A program made the translations under genes and the position numbers. The notes under the pieces are model-generated. The model saw only the letters and a program-made list of their open reading frames with translations, did not search any database and was not told where the DNA came from. Below are positions 30,525-39,789 of a stretch of 64,000 bases of DNA, one piece after another. This DNA comes from Candidatus Nanopelagicales bacterium (GTDB taxonomy: Bacteria; Actinomycetota; Actinomycetes; S36-B12), in contig JBILLS010000002.1 in assembly GCA_044375955.1 (NCBI GenBank), positions 17,690 to 81,689 of the forward strand, in the 5' to 3' direction. Within the stretch, counting starts at the first letter, position 1. Every line of letters starts with the position of its first letter.

Positions 30525-31847
30525 GTGTCCACGACCCTCACACGAGGCTCCTCCGCCACGATCCCGGTTGCGCTGGCTTCTGGCGTCGCTGGGGCACTGA
30601 TCTCGCTCCTGAGGCTCTGGTTGGGCAATTCCCAGGCCCTAACCGAGGTGCTGTGGGCCGAGGACGGCCTCTTCCCGCTGTGCATCCACAAGGCGGACTT
30701 CCTCACCTGCACAACCCAGCCTTTCGCGGGGTACCTGCTCCTCCTCCCTCGGGTAATGGCCTGGCCGGTCTCGGTCCTGCCGCTGGAGCAGTGGGCGCTG
30801 GCCACGAACCTCGCCGCTGCCCTGCTCGCCGGCATCGCCGTGTTCCTCGCATTCGTGTTCGCCCGACGATTCGGCCTCTCGATCTTCACGTCGCTGGTTA
30901 TCGCGCTGCTTCCGGTGATCGCACCGATGTCAGGTTTGGAGGCCATCAACGCCATCGGGAGCAGCTACATGCTGCTGCTCTACGTCGCAACTCTCGCCCT
31001 GGTATTCGGACAGCCGTCCCGCGGGTGGTGGATCGTTGCGGTTGTTCTCATGGTGACCACCGCGCTCACGATCCCATCCGCGGTGGTCCTTGTGCCGCTA
31101 GTGCTGGTGCAGTGGGCACGTGGACGCATCACGCGCGGCTGGTCGCTGGGCTTGCTCACGGCCTTGGTGGTTGGACTCATGGCGCAGGCGTGGGCTGCGG
31201 TGAACGCCGTGACTCGGCGGCCGATTGCTTTCGGTGCGGACACGCTGAACTCCTGGGCGGATTCCGTCCCCATCTCCCTGCTCACCTACTGGCCGGGGCT
31301 CTCCCTCGGCGAATTCGACTTTTTCACGAATTTCACGCTGACGCCGATGTCGTGGACCGGGTGGCTGATCGTGGCCCTGCTCGTGACCCTGGGTGCTATC
31401 CAGGTGATCCGCGGGTGGAGTGGGGATGATCGGCGCGCGGTGATCGGCATGCTGGTGCTGTCCGGATTGGCGTTCGGCCTGATCCCCTCCGCGATCGGCT
31501 TCGCGAACAATCGCTACTTCGTGGTCCCAGTGGTGCTCTGGGGCGCTGCCGTACTCATAACGCTCGATCCGGTAATCCGTCGTACGCGTTGGTGGGTTGT
31601 GGCGCTCGTCAGCGCGATAGTTCTCGTGGTCTGGTGGCCCGCAATTCCCGCGAGTTGGTTCAGGTCGACACCTGCTCCCCCGTGGACGCAGGAGGTGGAG
31701 CGGGTGAAGGCGTTCTGCATCAAGGATCCGGCCATCACCGAGCGCCCGCTGTTCACCCCATTCTGGCCACCGAACTGGGGTGACGGGCTCGATGAGCCGA
31801 CGCATCCGAACATCGCCTGCACCACCGTTTTCCGGTGGATTGGCTGA
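30525..31847 (+). CDS. Polytopic membrane protein, putative GT-C glycosyltransferase (WAEDG type)
   Basis: LWAEDG after TM1, PFAGYLLLLPR and late RYF motif; multiple TM segments. Confidence 0.65.
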   Translation: MSTTLTRGSSATIPVALASGVAGALISLLRLWLGNSQALTEVLWAEDGLFPLCIHKADFLTCTTQPFAGYLLLLPRVMAWPVSVLPLEQWALATNLAAALLAGIAVFLAFVFARRFGLSIFTSLVIALLPVIAPMSGLEAINAIGSSYMLLLYVATLALVFGQPSRGWWIVAVVLMVTTALTIPSAVVLVPLVLVQWARGRITRGWSLGLLTALVVGLMAQAWAAVNAVTRRPIAFGADTLNSWADSVPISLLTYWPGLSLGEFDFFTNFTLTPMSWTGWLIVALLVTLGAIQVIRGWSGDDRRAVIGMLVLSGLAFGLIPSAIGFANNRYFVVPVVLWGAAVLITLDPVIRRTRWWVVALVSAIVLVVWWPAIPASWFRSTPAPPWTQEVERVKAFCIKDPAITERPLFTPFWPPNWGDGLDEPTHPNIACTTVFRWIG

Positions 31848-31848
31848 C

Positions 31849-33021
31849 GTGACGTCGCTCCGCGCACGGCTCAGCGGTCTGATCCCCGGGGCTGGCGACA
31901 TCGCGTTCAACCGTGATCGATCGGCAGCCGTCCCCGAGTCCCGAGCCCCGCGTCGCGGGTACCGATCGCCAAGGTTCCGGGAAAGGCAACCCCACCTCGT
32001 CATCGTGCCCATCGAAGGCCCGCAGTTCCACGACTGGCGCCCGGGGACGCGCAACTTCTACTACGAGGCCTACCAATCCGCCGTGGAGGCTCTGGGGCCC
32101 GGAGCGGTCAGCGTCCTCGATGTGGCCCCGGGTGAGGCTGCGCATTCCTGGGTGAAGCGCCTGCGGGACCTGCTCGGGGACACCGACGCAACGCACTTCC
32201 TCACCCACATCGAGCACGACCCGGGCTCGCCGGACTCCTGGACGTGGGATGTCGCGTGGAATGGGATCGCGCCGGAATGGGACGGGGTGGCTCTCGGGGT
32301 CATGTTCGACTCCGCCTTCGACCTCGTCACGATGAAGGCCCGGCGCCTGGCACGCATGTCGACGAACTTCGTCGGTGTCGATATCTGCATGCCGATGGAC
32401 GGAACGCTCATCCGAGGCCGGCGGGAAGTCGGCCCGGTGACGATGCCTGTTTCCCGTCAGTCATTGGCGCTGATCCGTGAGCGCATCGCGGGGGTCACGC
32501 CGACACACGATGTCTCCTTCATCGGGGCGCTCTATCCCTACCGCGTGGAGCTCATCGAACAGTTGCGCTCTGCGGGGATCGATGTGGCCGTGAACCCCCA
32601 CCGCACGGACACCACCCACGACTTCGTGACCAGTCGGACGAATCAACCCGAGTGGCTGGACTACATGGCGGGCCTGGCCGCGAGTCGGATGAGCGTGAAC
32701 TTCTCCCGATCGAGTGCCGGGGGGTTCGAGCAACTCAAGACCCGGGTGATCGAAGCCACCCTCGCGGGCACGTTCCTTCTCACCGACGATCGGGACCGCA
32801 CCCGCCACTACTTCGACGAGAACGTGGAGTTCGGGTCCTTCGCGGGTACGTCGGAACTGCCCGCGGTGATCGAGCGTTGGTTGGACTCATCGTCACGGAC
32901 AGTGGGTGCCCGCTCTGCTCAGAAGAAGGCGGAAGCGATCGCGGTCACCGACTTCTGGTCCCGCATCGACGAGGGTCTGCGGATCCGCGAACTGCCGGTC
33001 ACGGGAGTGTCGGTCAGGTAA
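31849..33021 (+). CDS. Glycosyltransferase, CgeB/Glyco_trans_1_2-like
   Basis: DVSFIGALYPYR, SVNFSRS, QLKTRVIEATLAGTFLLTD motifs; start GTG 31849. Confidence 0.75.
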   Translation: MTSLRARLSGLIPGAGDIAFNRDRSAAVPESRAPRRGYRSPRFRERQPHLVIVPIEGPQFHDWRPGTRNFYYEAYQSAVEALGPGAVSVLDVAPGEAAHSWVKRLRDLLGDTDATHFLTHIEHDPGSPDSWTWDVAWNGIAPEWDGVALGVMFDSAFDLVTMKARRLARMSTNFVGVDICMPMDGTLIRGRREVGPVTMPVSRQSLALIRERIAGVTPTHDVSFIGALYPYRVELIEQLRSAGIDVAVNPHRTDTTHDFVTSRTNQPEWLDYMAGLAASRMSVNFSRSSAGGFEQLKTRVIEATLAGTFLLTDDRDRTRHYFDENVEFGSFAGTSELPAVIERWLDSSSRTVGARSAQKKAEAIAVTDFWSRIDEGLRIRELPVTGVSVR

Positions 33022-34348
33022 GCCGCCGGAAACCGGCGTGGGCAGGGCCTGCGGGCAGTGCTGCGGTCAATGCGGCGTTATCCATCTGCGCCAACGTGGC
33101 GAAGACGGGGGCGAGTGCATCAAAGTAGCCGTCGAGGATCTCCGGAGTGTGCGCAATGCTCGCATAAAGGTTCACCCCCGCGAGGTATCCCTTCTCGAGC
33201 ATCTGCTGAGTGATGTACGTGCGTGCGGCGATGGGATCCAGGTGCTCGATGCTGAACGTGGCCAGGGCGGGTAACCCTCCGGTGCTGATCGTCATCCCGG
33301 ACTCCTGTGCGAGTTGCTGCCAGCGTCCCTGCACGCCGCTTCCGATCTCGTGGACCCTGTGCGGGGCATTCTCGGCGCGCATGGCCGCAAGGGCAGCCAG
33401 TGCCGCGGTGGGGCCGATGCGCTCGGTCCAGAAGGTGCTGGAGATGAACGTGGACTGGGCGGCTTGCATCACCTCGGCCCGCCCGATGATCGCCGTGATG
33501 GCGTACCCGTTCCCCAGGGTCTTGCCGAAGGTCGCAATATCCGGTTCTACCCCGTAGTGGAGGTGGAGACCGCCGAGGACTCGACGGAATCCTGAAGTGC
33601 ACTCGTCGAAGACGAGCACCGCACCGTGCTCAGTCGCCAACGCCCGCACACCCTCGAGGAATCCGGGGGCAGGAGGCGTGGAGCGCTGGGGCTCCATGTA
33701 GATCACACCGATGTCGGGGTGTGTCTTCAGGAGTGTGCGCAACTCTTCGAGGTCGTTGTAGTGGAAGGGGAGAGCGGTTCCTGCGAGAGCGCGTGGGACC
33801 CCGTTGGGCTCGAGCCCGGGAATCAGGTGCCCATTCAGCGAGTCATCCTCGTGCAGGTTCGCTGCGAGGTACCAGTCGTGCCAGCCGTGATACCCGCAGA
33901 AGGCCACCTTGTCGCGTCCCGATGCGGCGCGGGAGATCCGCACGGCAACCGCGCACGCCTCGCCTCCCGAGCGCGCGTACCGCACCATGTCCGCCCACGG
34001 ATGCAGGTCCACGAGCGCTTCGGCCAGATACACCTCTTCAGGTGCATTGAGCGTTGAGAGGTTGCCTTTGTCCACTACCTCGCGCACGGCGGCATCGACT
34101 TCGGGATGGGAGTAGCCGAGGACATTGGTGCCCACCCCCATGAATCCCAGGTCCAGGAACTTGCGCCCATCGAGATCCCAGATAGCGCACCCGCTGGTGC
34201 GGTCGAAATACGCCGGCCAGCCCTCGGGGAGATACATCTCCGACCGCTTAGAGAGCAGCATGGAGCCGCCGGGGATCAAGCCCTTGGCGCGCTTCCAGAG
34301 ATCACCGCCTGTGGACACGGGCTCAGCGTACGGCGAGGCCGTGTCCAC
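33014..34348 (-). CDS. PLP-dependent class III aminotransferase (GSA-aminomutase-like, glycan-cluster type)
   Basis: WDLDGRKFLD, RSGGEA, GYHGWHDW, FDECTSGFR, TFGKTLGNG (PLP Lys) and ISSTFW. Confidence 0.88.
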   Translation of the reverse strand: MDTASPYAEPVSTGGDLWKRAKGLIPGGSMLLSKRSEMYLPEGWPAYFDRTSGCAIWDLDGRKFLDLGFMGVGTNVLGYSHPEVDAAVREVVDKGNLSTLNAPEEVYLAEALVDLHPWADMVRYARSGGEACAVAVRISRAASGRDKVAFCGYHGWHDWYLAANLHEDDSLNGHLIPGLEPNGVPRALAGTALPFHYNDLEELRTLLKTHPDIGVIYMEPQRSTPPAPGFLEGVRALATEHGAVLVFDECTSGFRRVLGGLHLHYGVEPDIATFGKTLGNGYAITAIIGRAEVMQAAQSTFISSTFWTERIGPTAALAALAAMRAENAPHRVHEIGSGVQGRWQQLAQESGMTISTGGLPALATFSIEHLDPIAARTYITQQMLEKGYLAGVNLYASIAHTPEILDGYFDALAPVFATLAQMDNAALTAALPAGPAHAGFRRLT

Positions 34349-34404
34349 CCTCGGTCACAGAGATGCACATTCCGCCCCGTGCATGTGGCACTACGCGGAG
34401 TCGC

Positions 34405-34698
34405 CTAGGACTGGACGCGATAGTTCGTCAGGGTGTTGTTGAAGACCAGGGTCCGACCACAGACGAACCCACCGCGGCCAGAGTCAGCCCATGCGGCCCA
34501 CTGACGGGCCCACCCACCTGATCCAGCCCCGCCGATGTTCAGCGAGGCTGGGGCGCTGACATCCGCGCACAGTCCGGAAGCGGGCATCGGTAGCTGCTGG
34601 ATGACGGGGCGGGTGTGCGCCTGGACCGGAGCAGCGAGGAGCGTGGAGATTGCCGTCCCCAGTGCGGCGACGAGAGCGGCGACTTTCATCGAAACCAT
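34405..34698 (-). CDS. Small secreted protein with a two-Cys, Trp/Gly-rich domain
   Basis: AAGGAGA RBS; signal peptide MKVAALVAALGTAISTLLAAPVQA; mature part PVIQQLPMPASGLC...GGWARQWAAWADSGRGGFVCGRTLVF. Confidence 0.7.
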   Translation of the reverse strand: MVSMKVAALVAALGTAISTLLAAPVQAHTRPVIQQLPMPASGLCADVSAPASLNIGGAGSGGWARQWAAWADSGRGGFVCGRTLVFNNTLTNYRVQS

Positions 34699-34839
34699 TT
34701 CTTCTCCTTAAGAGACGCGCTACGTGGCGTGTGTTTTTCATAGTTGAAGATCTAGGTTGCGATTTGCCACTCCTGTGGTGGCCGAGAAATGAACTCGCGT
34801 CAAATATTTTCCACGAGTATGGGGGAAGAAATGTGAACT

Positions 34840-37044
34840 TCAGTATGGCTTCAGGTCGAGCACCTGAGCGTAGCGCTTCCACTCCCACTCGGGGCCCTCG
34901 CAGCCGACCCCAGGTGCCTGCACTTCCAGGGTTGCGACTGATGCCGGATCCGGCAGGGCTAGTTCGAATGGAGTCGCGGTTTCTGGATCGGCGATGACCG
35001 TTGTTCGTGACTCCACGCCGTCTGCAGCGAGAATCAGGTTCACGGGGCGGGCACCACACGTGGGTGCTTGGACGCTGCCTCGGATAGTCGTGACAGGGGT
35101 CTCGGGTCGCGTGCTGGTGAGCATGAAGACGGTCGTGGGTGCCTTCATCCACCACCAGCTCTGCTCCAGTGCGGACTCGCGCGGTTGGACCGTTTGGGAG
35201 TCCTCGGTGATCAACGGTTGATGGAAGAAGTCCTGGGCACTGTCTGCAGCCGGCGCCTGTCGGATGTCGAACAAGAGCCACGTGTCATCGAATCCCGTCG
35301 CCGTGGGCTCGCCGAAGCGAGATTCCAGGTTGCCTGTCAGCGCGGGCAACTGTTCGGAGATGTACCCGCGCGTGTCGACGTGAATCGCGCAGAAACCACC
35401 AGCACGGAGCAGGGACACCTGTTCGTCCGTGGGAAGGCTGGGCATCTGAGCCGACCAAATCCCAGCATCGGTGTTCTTCACGGCCCCGTAACTCCATGCC
35501 TTACCGGGATTAGTCAGGGATGACCAGAAGTGGTCGTAGTCATTGATCTCGCGCACCTTGCCGAACTCGGGATAGGCCATGTAGGGCAATTGCAGGATCC
35601 CGCACCTCTCAGGGATCGCGCGGTTGACCGCAATCGCGTAAGCACGTCCTGCCTGTGTGATCTCCGCCGCCTCGCCAGCGTTGATGGCGTAGGCGGAGCG
35701 GAAGGGGAGAACGGAATCAACGGCGGTGAGGGCGAGGACGAGTACCGCCACGGGGATTGCGAACCGTGGGTTTCGCGCGACCCTCGTTCGCGCAAGCGCA
35801 GCGGCGGCGCCGAGCAGGAAGAGCAATAGCAGGATCGGTGTCCACCGATTCCATGCCCGAATCTGGGCCGTGACTGTCCCCGCGAATAGGTAGTTGAGAC
35901 CCCACGGGATGAACCACAGCAGGACAACCACAATCAGGTACGTGATGAACGTAAGGGAGGCGTAGGGGCGATTTGTCGGTTCACCCGACTGACCCCGTCG
36001 GGCTCGCATGATCAGGGCGATCACAGTGATCAGCAGCGCGAGTGTCGTGATCCATGTTCCGTGATTCGTGATCGCTGTGCTTTCGCCCCATCCGGCGACC
36101 CCAATCGCCTCCACCACGGAGGCGTTGTAGAAGTCCAGTCCGGGAAGGTTGCTCTGGGGCAAGGGAAGGACTGCCACCGCGAGATTCCCGGCGAAGAGAA
36201 CGGACTCGTAGGGGAGACGCTCACTCAACTGGGCGACGGGGGGGTCAGCCTGGGTGGTCAGAATGCTGGGCAGGAATCCGATCAGAGCCAGAGCACCGAC
36301 AGCGACAAGAGGTATCGCGTCGATGAAGAGTGCGCGCCACTGAACGCGGTGCGCACATCGCCACATCAACGCCGCAGCGCCCAGGATCAACGTGAAGGCG
36401 ACGTAGTAGACCCCCGTCCACGCTGTAACCACGATCAGACCTGCGATCACCACGATCAGCCAGACCCTTGTCCGTGTCGAGGTGCCCTTCTGTCGAATCA
36501 CGCGAATCCAGTTTTCGAATCTGCCCGAACCGATCAGCAGCACTATCGCCAGCCCTGTGACTGCGCTATACAGGGTGGCGAGATAGGTGTGGCCGAGTGC
36601 CCGGCCAAAGTGGAAGGGAATCAACGAGAAAACCACGGCACCGGCAATCGCCAACACACCGCGAAGTCCCACGAGTCGGAAAAGGAAGTAGGACAGGAAT
36701 GCGACGAGTGGGAAGGTGAGGAAGACCAGCAGATTGATGCCGATGAACGGCTCGCCAGCAATCAGGTCGACGACCTTCGCGAAAGTGTTCTCGGTGATGT
36801 CGATACCGGGGAAGTAGTTGAGGTTCATTCCCAGTGGGAAACCGAATTGGTCGGTGACGGAGTAGTTGAATCCCTGCCAAACATGAGCATTCACGTATGT
36901 GGCGAGCATGTCGCCCCCAGCCCACCCATCAGCGAAGAAGTGCATGATCGGGATGAACACGATCAATGACAGAGAAGCAGCGAGAATTGCTGCCACGGAC
37001 GCCTCGAGCAGGGCCCTGCGGCGCGTGGTCACGGAACCCATCAT
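34840..37044 (-). CDS. Large polytopic membrane protein (YfhO-like), putative GT-C glycosyltransferase
   Basis: GGDML after TM1, QFGFPLG, PFHFGR, GVYY, QIRAWNR, ILQLPY; large C-terminal soluble domain. Confidence 0.65.
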   Translation of the reverse strand: MMGSVTTRRRALLEASVAAILAASLSLIVFIPIMHFFADGWAGGDMLATYVNAHVWQGFNYSVTDQFGFPLGMNLNYFPGIDITENTFAKVVDLIAGEPFIGINLLVFLTFPLVAFLSYFLFRLVGLRGVLAIAGAVVFSLIPFHFGRALGHTYLATLYSAVTGLAIVLLIGSGRFENWIRVIRQKGTSTRTRVWLIVVIAGLIVVTAWTGVYYVAFTLILGAAALMWRCAHRVQWRALFIDAIPLVAVGALALIGFLPSILTTQADPPVAQLSERLPYESVLFAGNLAVAVLPLPQSNLPGLDFYNASVVEAIGVAGWGESTAITNHGTWITTLALLITVIALIMRARRGQSGEPTNRPYASLTFITYLIVVVLLWFIPWGLNYLFAGTVTAQIRAWNRWTPILLLLFLLGAAAALARTRVARNPRFAIPVAVLVLALTAVDSVLPFRSAYAINAGEAAEITQAGRAYAIAVNRAIPERCGILQLPYMAYPEFGKVREINDYDHFWSSLTNPGKAWSYGAVKNTDAGIWSAQMPSLPTDEQVSLLRAGGFCAIHVDTRGYISEQLPALTGNLESRFGEPTATGFDDTWLLFDIRQAPAADSAQDFFHQPLITEDSQTVQPRESALEQSWWWMKAPTTVFMLTSTRPETPVTTIRGSVQAPTCGARPVNLILAADGVESRTTVIADPETATPFELALPDPASVATLEVQAPGVGCEGPEWEWKRYAQVLDLKPY

Positions 37045-38759
37045 CGGTCATTCCAGGTCAGGCGCGTCAGGCACGTATGGCCCTGGGTCGTGGGGAAGTC
37101 CGAGCTGGTGTCCGCAGGCCAGGCGTAGTCGTAGCAGATCGGGGCGGTGGGGTCGTTCTCCCTCGGAATGGAGTTCCAGAAGGCCATGACCGCATCCATG
37201 GACTTGCCGTAGAGGGCGAGCACGTCGGGGGTGTGGGTGGCGAGTTGGGTTCTTGCGTAGTCGTCGGTGAGTGTGGGTTCGAGGGTGATGCGGTTCTCAC
37301 CCCAGAGCTGCATGCCGGCGGCGACGTAGAGCTCGCGGTCACCTTGCTTCCAGGGACCGTCGACCCAGACGAGGATCGCGTCGGTGTCCTTGGTGTTGTC
37401 GAGGAGCCACTGCTGGGCGTTGACGGCGGTGCGGAGCTTCGTCTCGATCGGGTTATCGGCGTAGGCCCAGTGGTAGGGGCTGAGGTAGTAGAGGCCGAAG
37501 TCCTCGCGGGAGTTCTGGGTGAGTTGGGCGGCCGCCGCCCAGGTGCTGAGGGCGATGATGGTGGCGATCGTGGCGCGGGGTGTCAGGACAACAATCACCG
37601 TGAGCACGAGCATCACGATCAGCCCGGTGGTGAAGGTGAATCCCGGGTCGATGAAACCGGCGGTGATCGTGAGTGCGACTCCGATGGCGGCGGTGATCAT
37701 GAACCAGGGGATGGGCGCACCGGGGAAGTCAGGTGTTCTCGCGGTCATGCCGAGGGTGACTGCGATCAGTGCTGGTGGCCACAGCATCGCCTGATAGAGC
37801 GGTGCCTCGAGGGTGATGCCGCCCATGATCGGGGAGAACACGAGCATGAACGTGATGCTCACGAGTGATGTCAGGAAGGCCTGTTGGGCGGCGATGCTCG
37901 CCCGGGTGCGCAACCAGGTGGCCGTCACGATGAGTAATGAGGACAACGGGACGAGGAGGGAGATATCGCGCAACCAGACCGGTTCCGTGCTGGCGAAGTT
38001 CGACATCGTGATCTCGGTGGTGGCGGTGAAGGTCTGCCACCAGTCGAGCCCCGGGAAGATGAGCGCTCCGAGGGTAAGGAAAACAAGGAAGGTTCCGGCA
38101 GCAGTTGCCGCGGTGAGCGCGAGGCCTTGAAGCTGTCTCTTCGTGGGTGTCTTCGCGGTCGCCCCCGCGTGAATCGCCAGGGTGACCCAGAGCACGGCCG
38201 CGAGCAGGAACCCCGGCGGGTTCACCATGGCGAGCCACCCCAGGATGACGCCGGCGATCGCGAGTGTTGCGCGCGTGGGACGTGTGCCGAGAGCGATGAC
38301 GGCGGCGGTTCCGGCGAGCACCGAGCCAGTGAGGTACGGGTTGCCCAGGTAGCTCAGGATCACCGTGGACGTAGTCACGATGAGGGTGAGGAACGTGGCT
38401 ATCAGCCAGGGGGCGTGGCGGCGCAGCAGCAGGTACGCGCTGCTGGTCAATATCAGCAGCAGGAGCGCCTTATAGGCCAGGAAGCCAAGCCACGGCCCCA
38501 GAACCAGGGTCAGGCCTCGGACGGGCGCGATGTAGCCCAGGCGGGTCCAGTAGTAGCTGTCGACGGGTGCACGGTCGGTGACCTCCGAGCCGAAGATCGA
38601 CAGGCTCGCGTAGAAGCTGCTGTCGGGGGTGTCGAGGCCGGAGAAGCGCTGGGTGATCGCGAGAACTCCTAGGGACAGGAGAACCGGGAGGGCGAGTTCC
38701 CAGCGGCGTCTCGATCCGAGTCGTTCGAGTGCGCTCGAGAGAAGCGCTGAATTCGCCAC
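37041..38759 (-). CDS. Polytopic membrane protein, putative GT-C glycosyltransferase
   Basis: GLDTPDSSFY after TM1, YYWTRLG; many TM segments; ATGA coupling to the next gene. Confidence 0.6.
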   Translation of the reverse strand: MANSALLSSALERLGSRRRWELALPVLLSLGVLAITQRFSGLDTPDSSFYASLSIFGSEVTDRAPVDSYYWTRLGYIAPVRGLTLVLGPWLGFLAYKALLLLILTSSAYLLLRRHAPWLIATFLTLIVTTSTVILSYLGNPYLTGSVLAGTAAVIALGTRPTRATLAIAGVILGWLAMVNPPGFLLAAVLWVTLAIHAGATAKTPTKRQLQGLALTAATAAGTFLVFLTLGALIFPGLDWWQTFTATTEITMSNFASTEPVWLRDISLLVPLSSLLIVTATWLRTRASIAAQQAFLTSLVSITFMLVFSPIMGGITLEAPLYQAMLWPPALIAVTLGMTARTPDFPGAPIPWFMITAAIGVALTITAGFIDPGFTFTTGLIVMLVLTVIVVLTPRATIATIIALSTWAAAAQLTQNSREDFGLYYLSPYHWAYADNPIETKLRTAVNAQQWLLDNTKDTDAILVWVDGPWKQGDRELYVAAGMQLWGENRITLEPTLTDDYARTQLATHTPDVLALYGKSMDAVMAFWNSIPRENDPTAPICYDYAWPADTSSDFPTTQGHTCLTRLTWNDR

Positions 38760-38947
38760 GGCTGGAACGCTAGTCAGTCTGATTCTCGGGACCTTGTAGG
38801 AGCCTGCCGAACGTCGATCTTGCAGAAGTCGAAGGACGTGAGGTATTTTTCAGGGGCGACGGGCCCTGGCCCCGAGAAGTGAACCCGGCAGCCCTCCGGA
38901 CGGTGGGCCGGGCCGGGTTTCGCGTTACCGGATGACAGGATCGGCTC

Positions 38948-39787
38948 GTGCCGGAGCTGGTCCTGGGAACCGCCCAGTGGGGGTCCTCCTACGGAATCAC
39001 CAACACGCACGGGCGGGTCGATGACGCTGACCTCGTCGCGATGGTGGCCGAGGCCGAACGCTGCGGTGTGACCGCGATGGATACCGCCCTCGCGTACGGC
39101 GATGCCCAGGTGCGTCTGGCGCCTTACTCGGACAGGTTCTGGATCTCGACGAAGGTGTCGGGCGCAGAAGATGTGGCCGAGCAGGTGGGCGTGTGTCTCG
39201 AGCAGTTGCAGGTGACGTCGCTGGACGCGGTGATGCTGCACGACTGGGATGCGTTGGATGACGCGACGCGTGGTGCGGTTGTCGGTGTGCTCGGTGAGAT
39301 GGCTAGCGATGGCGTGATTGCGCGGGTCGGTGTGTCGGTGTATGGAGAGTCGGGGGTGGAGAGCGCTGTCGAAGTGTTCGCCGCCGCGGGTGTGGATCTG
39401 GGGATCGTGCAGGCCCCCGCGAATGCCATCGACCAGCGCCTCGATGCGTGTGCTGCGCTGATAGCGCTTGCCTCGCAGGGGTGCATCGTGCAGGTGCGCT
39501 CTGTGTTCCTGCAGGGCCTGCTCACCGGGGCTGGTGAAGGTGCGTTCGGTTCGCACCTGGACATCGTGGCCTTTCGTACCTGGGCGTCGCGTGAGCGTGG
39601 GGGCGCGGTGGGAGCGGCGATCGCTCACGTGAAGGCGCTGCCCTGGGTGTCGCAGGTGGTGGTGGGAGCTGCATCGGTGGACGAGTGGGCGCAGGTGTGT
39701 GCTGCATGGCGAGACGTTGAGGCTCAACGCGCGCCGGAGCACCTCGCCTCCACGGACGAGGTGCTCCTGGACCCGCGACGCTGGTAG
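38948..39787 (+). CDS. Aldo/keto reductase (glycan-cluster type)
   Basis: LVLGTAQWG..YG, DTALAYG, STK, MLHD, GVSVY, RSVFLQGLL and LDPRRW motifs. Confidence 0.88.
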   Translation: MPELVLGTAQWGSSYGITNTHGRVDDADLVAMVAEAERCGVTAMDTALAYGDAQVRLAPYSDRFWISTKVSGAEDVAEQVGVCLEQLQVTSLDAVMLHDWDALDDATRGAVVGVLGEMASDGVIARVGVSVYGESGVESAVEVFAAAGVDLGIVQAPANAIDQRLDACAALIALASQGCIVQVRSVFLQGLLTGAGEGAFGSHLDIVAFRTWASRERGGAVGAAIAHVKALPWVSQVVVGAASVDEWAQVCAAWRDVEAQRAPEHLASTDEVLLDPRRW

Positions 39788-39789
39788 GA

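Noticed and set aside
29248-30600. 450-aa alternative-frame ORF, and similar long shadows (38774-39835, 39994-41055, 61005-62126, 31098-32054)
   Set aside because: They have no motifs and overlap well-supported genes; such ORFs are expected from stop-codon scarcity in high-GC DNA.
33014-34348. hemL (tetrapyrrole synthesis)
   Set aside because: No hem genes nearby; the GYHGWHDW/ISSTFW type and the glycan context fit the polysaccharide-cluster paralog.
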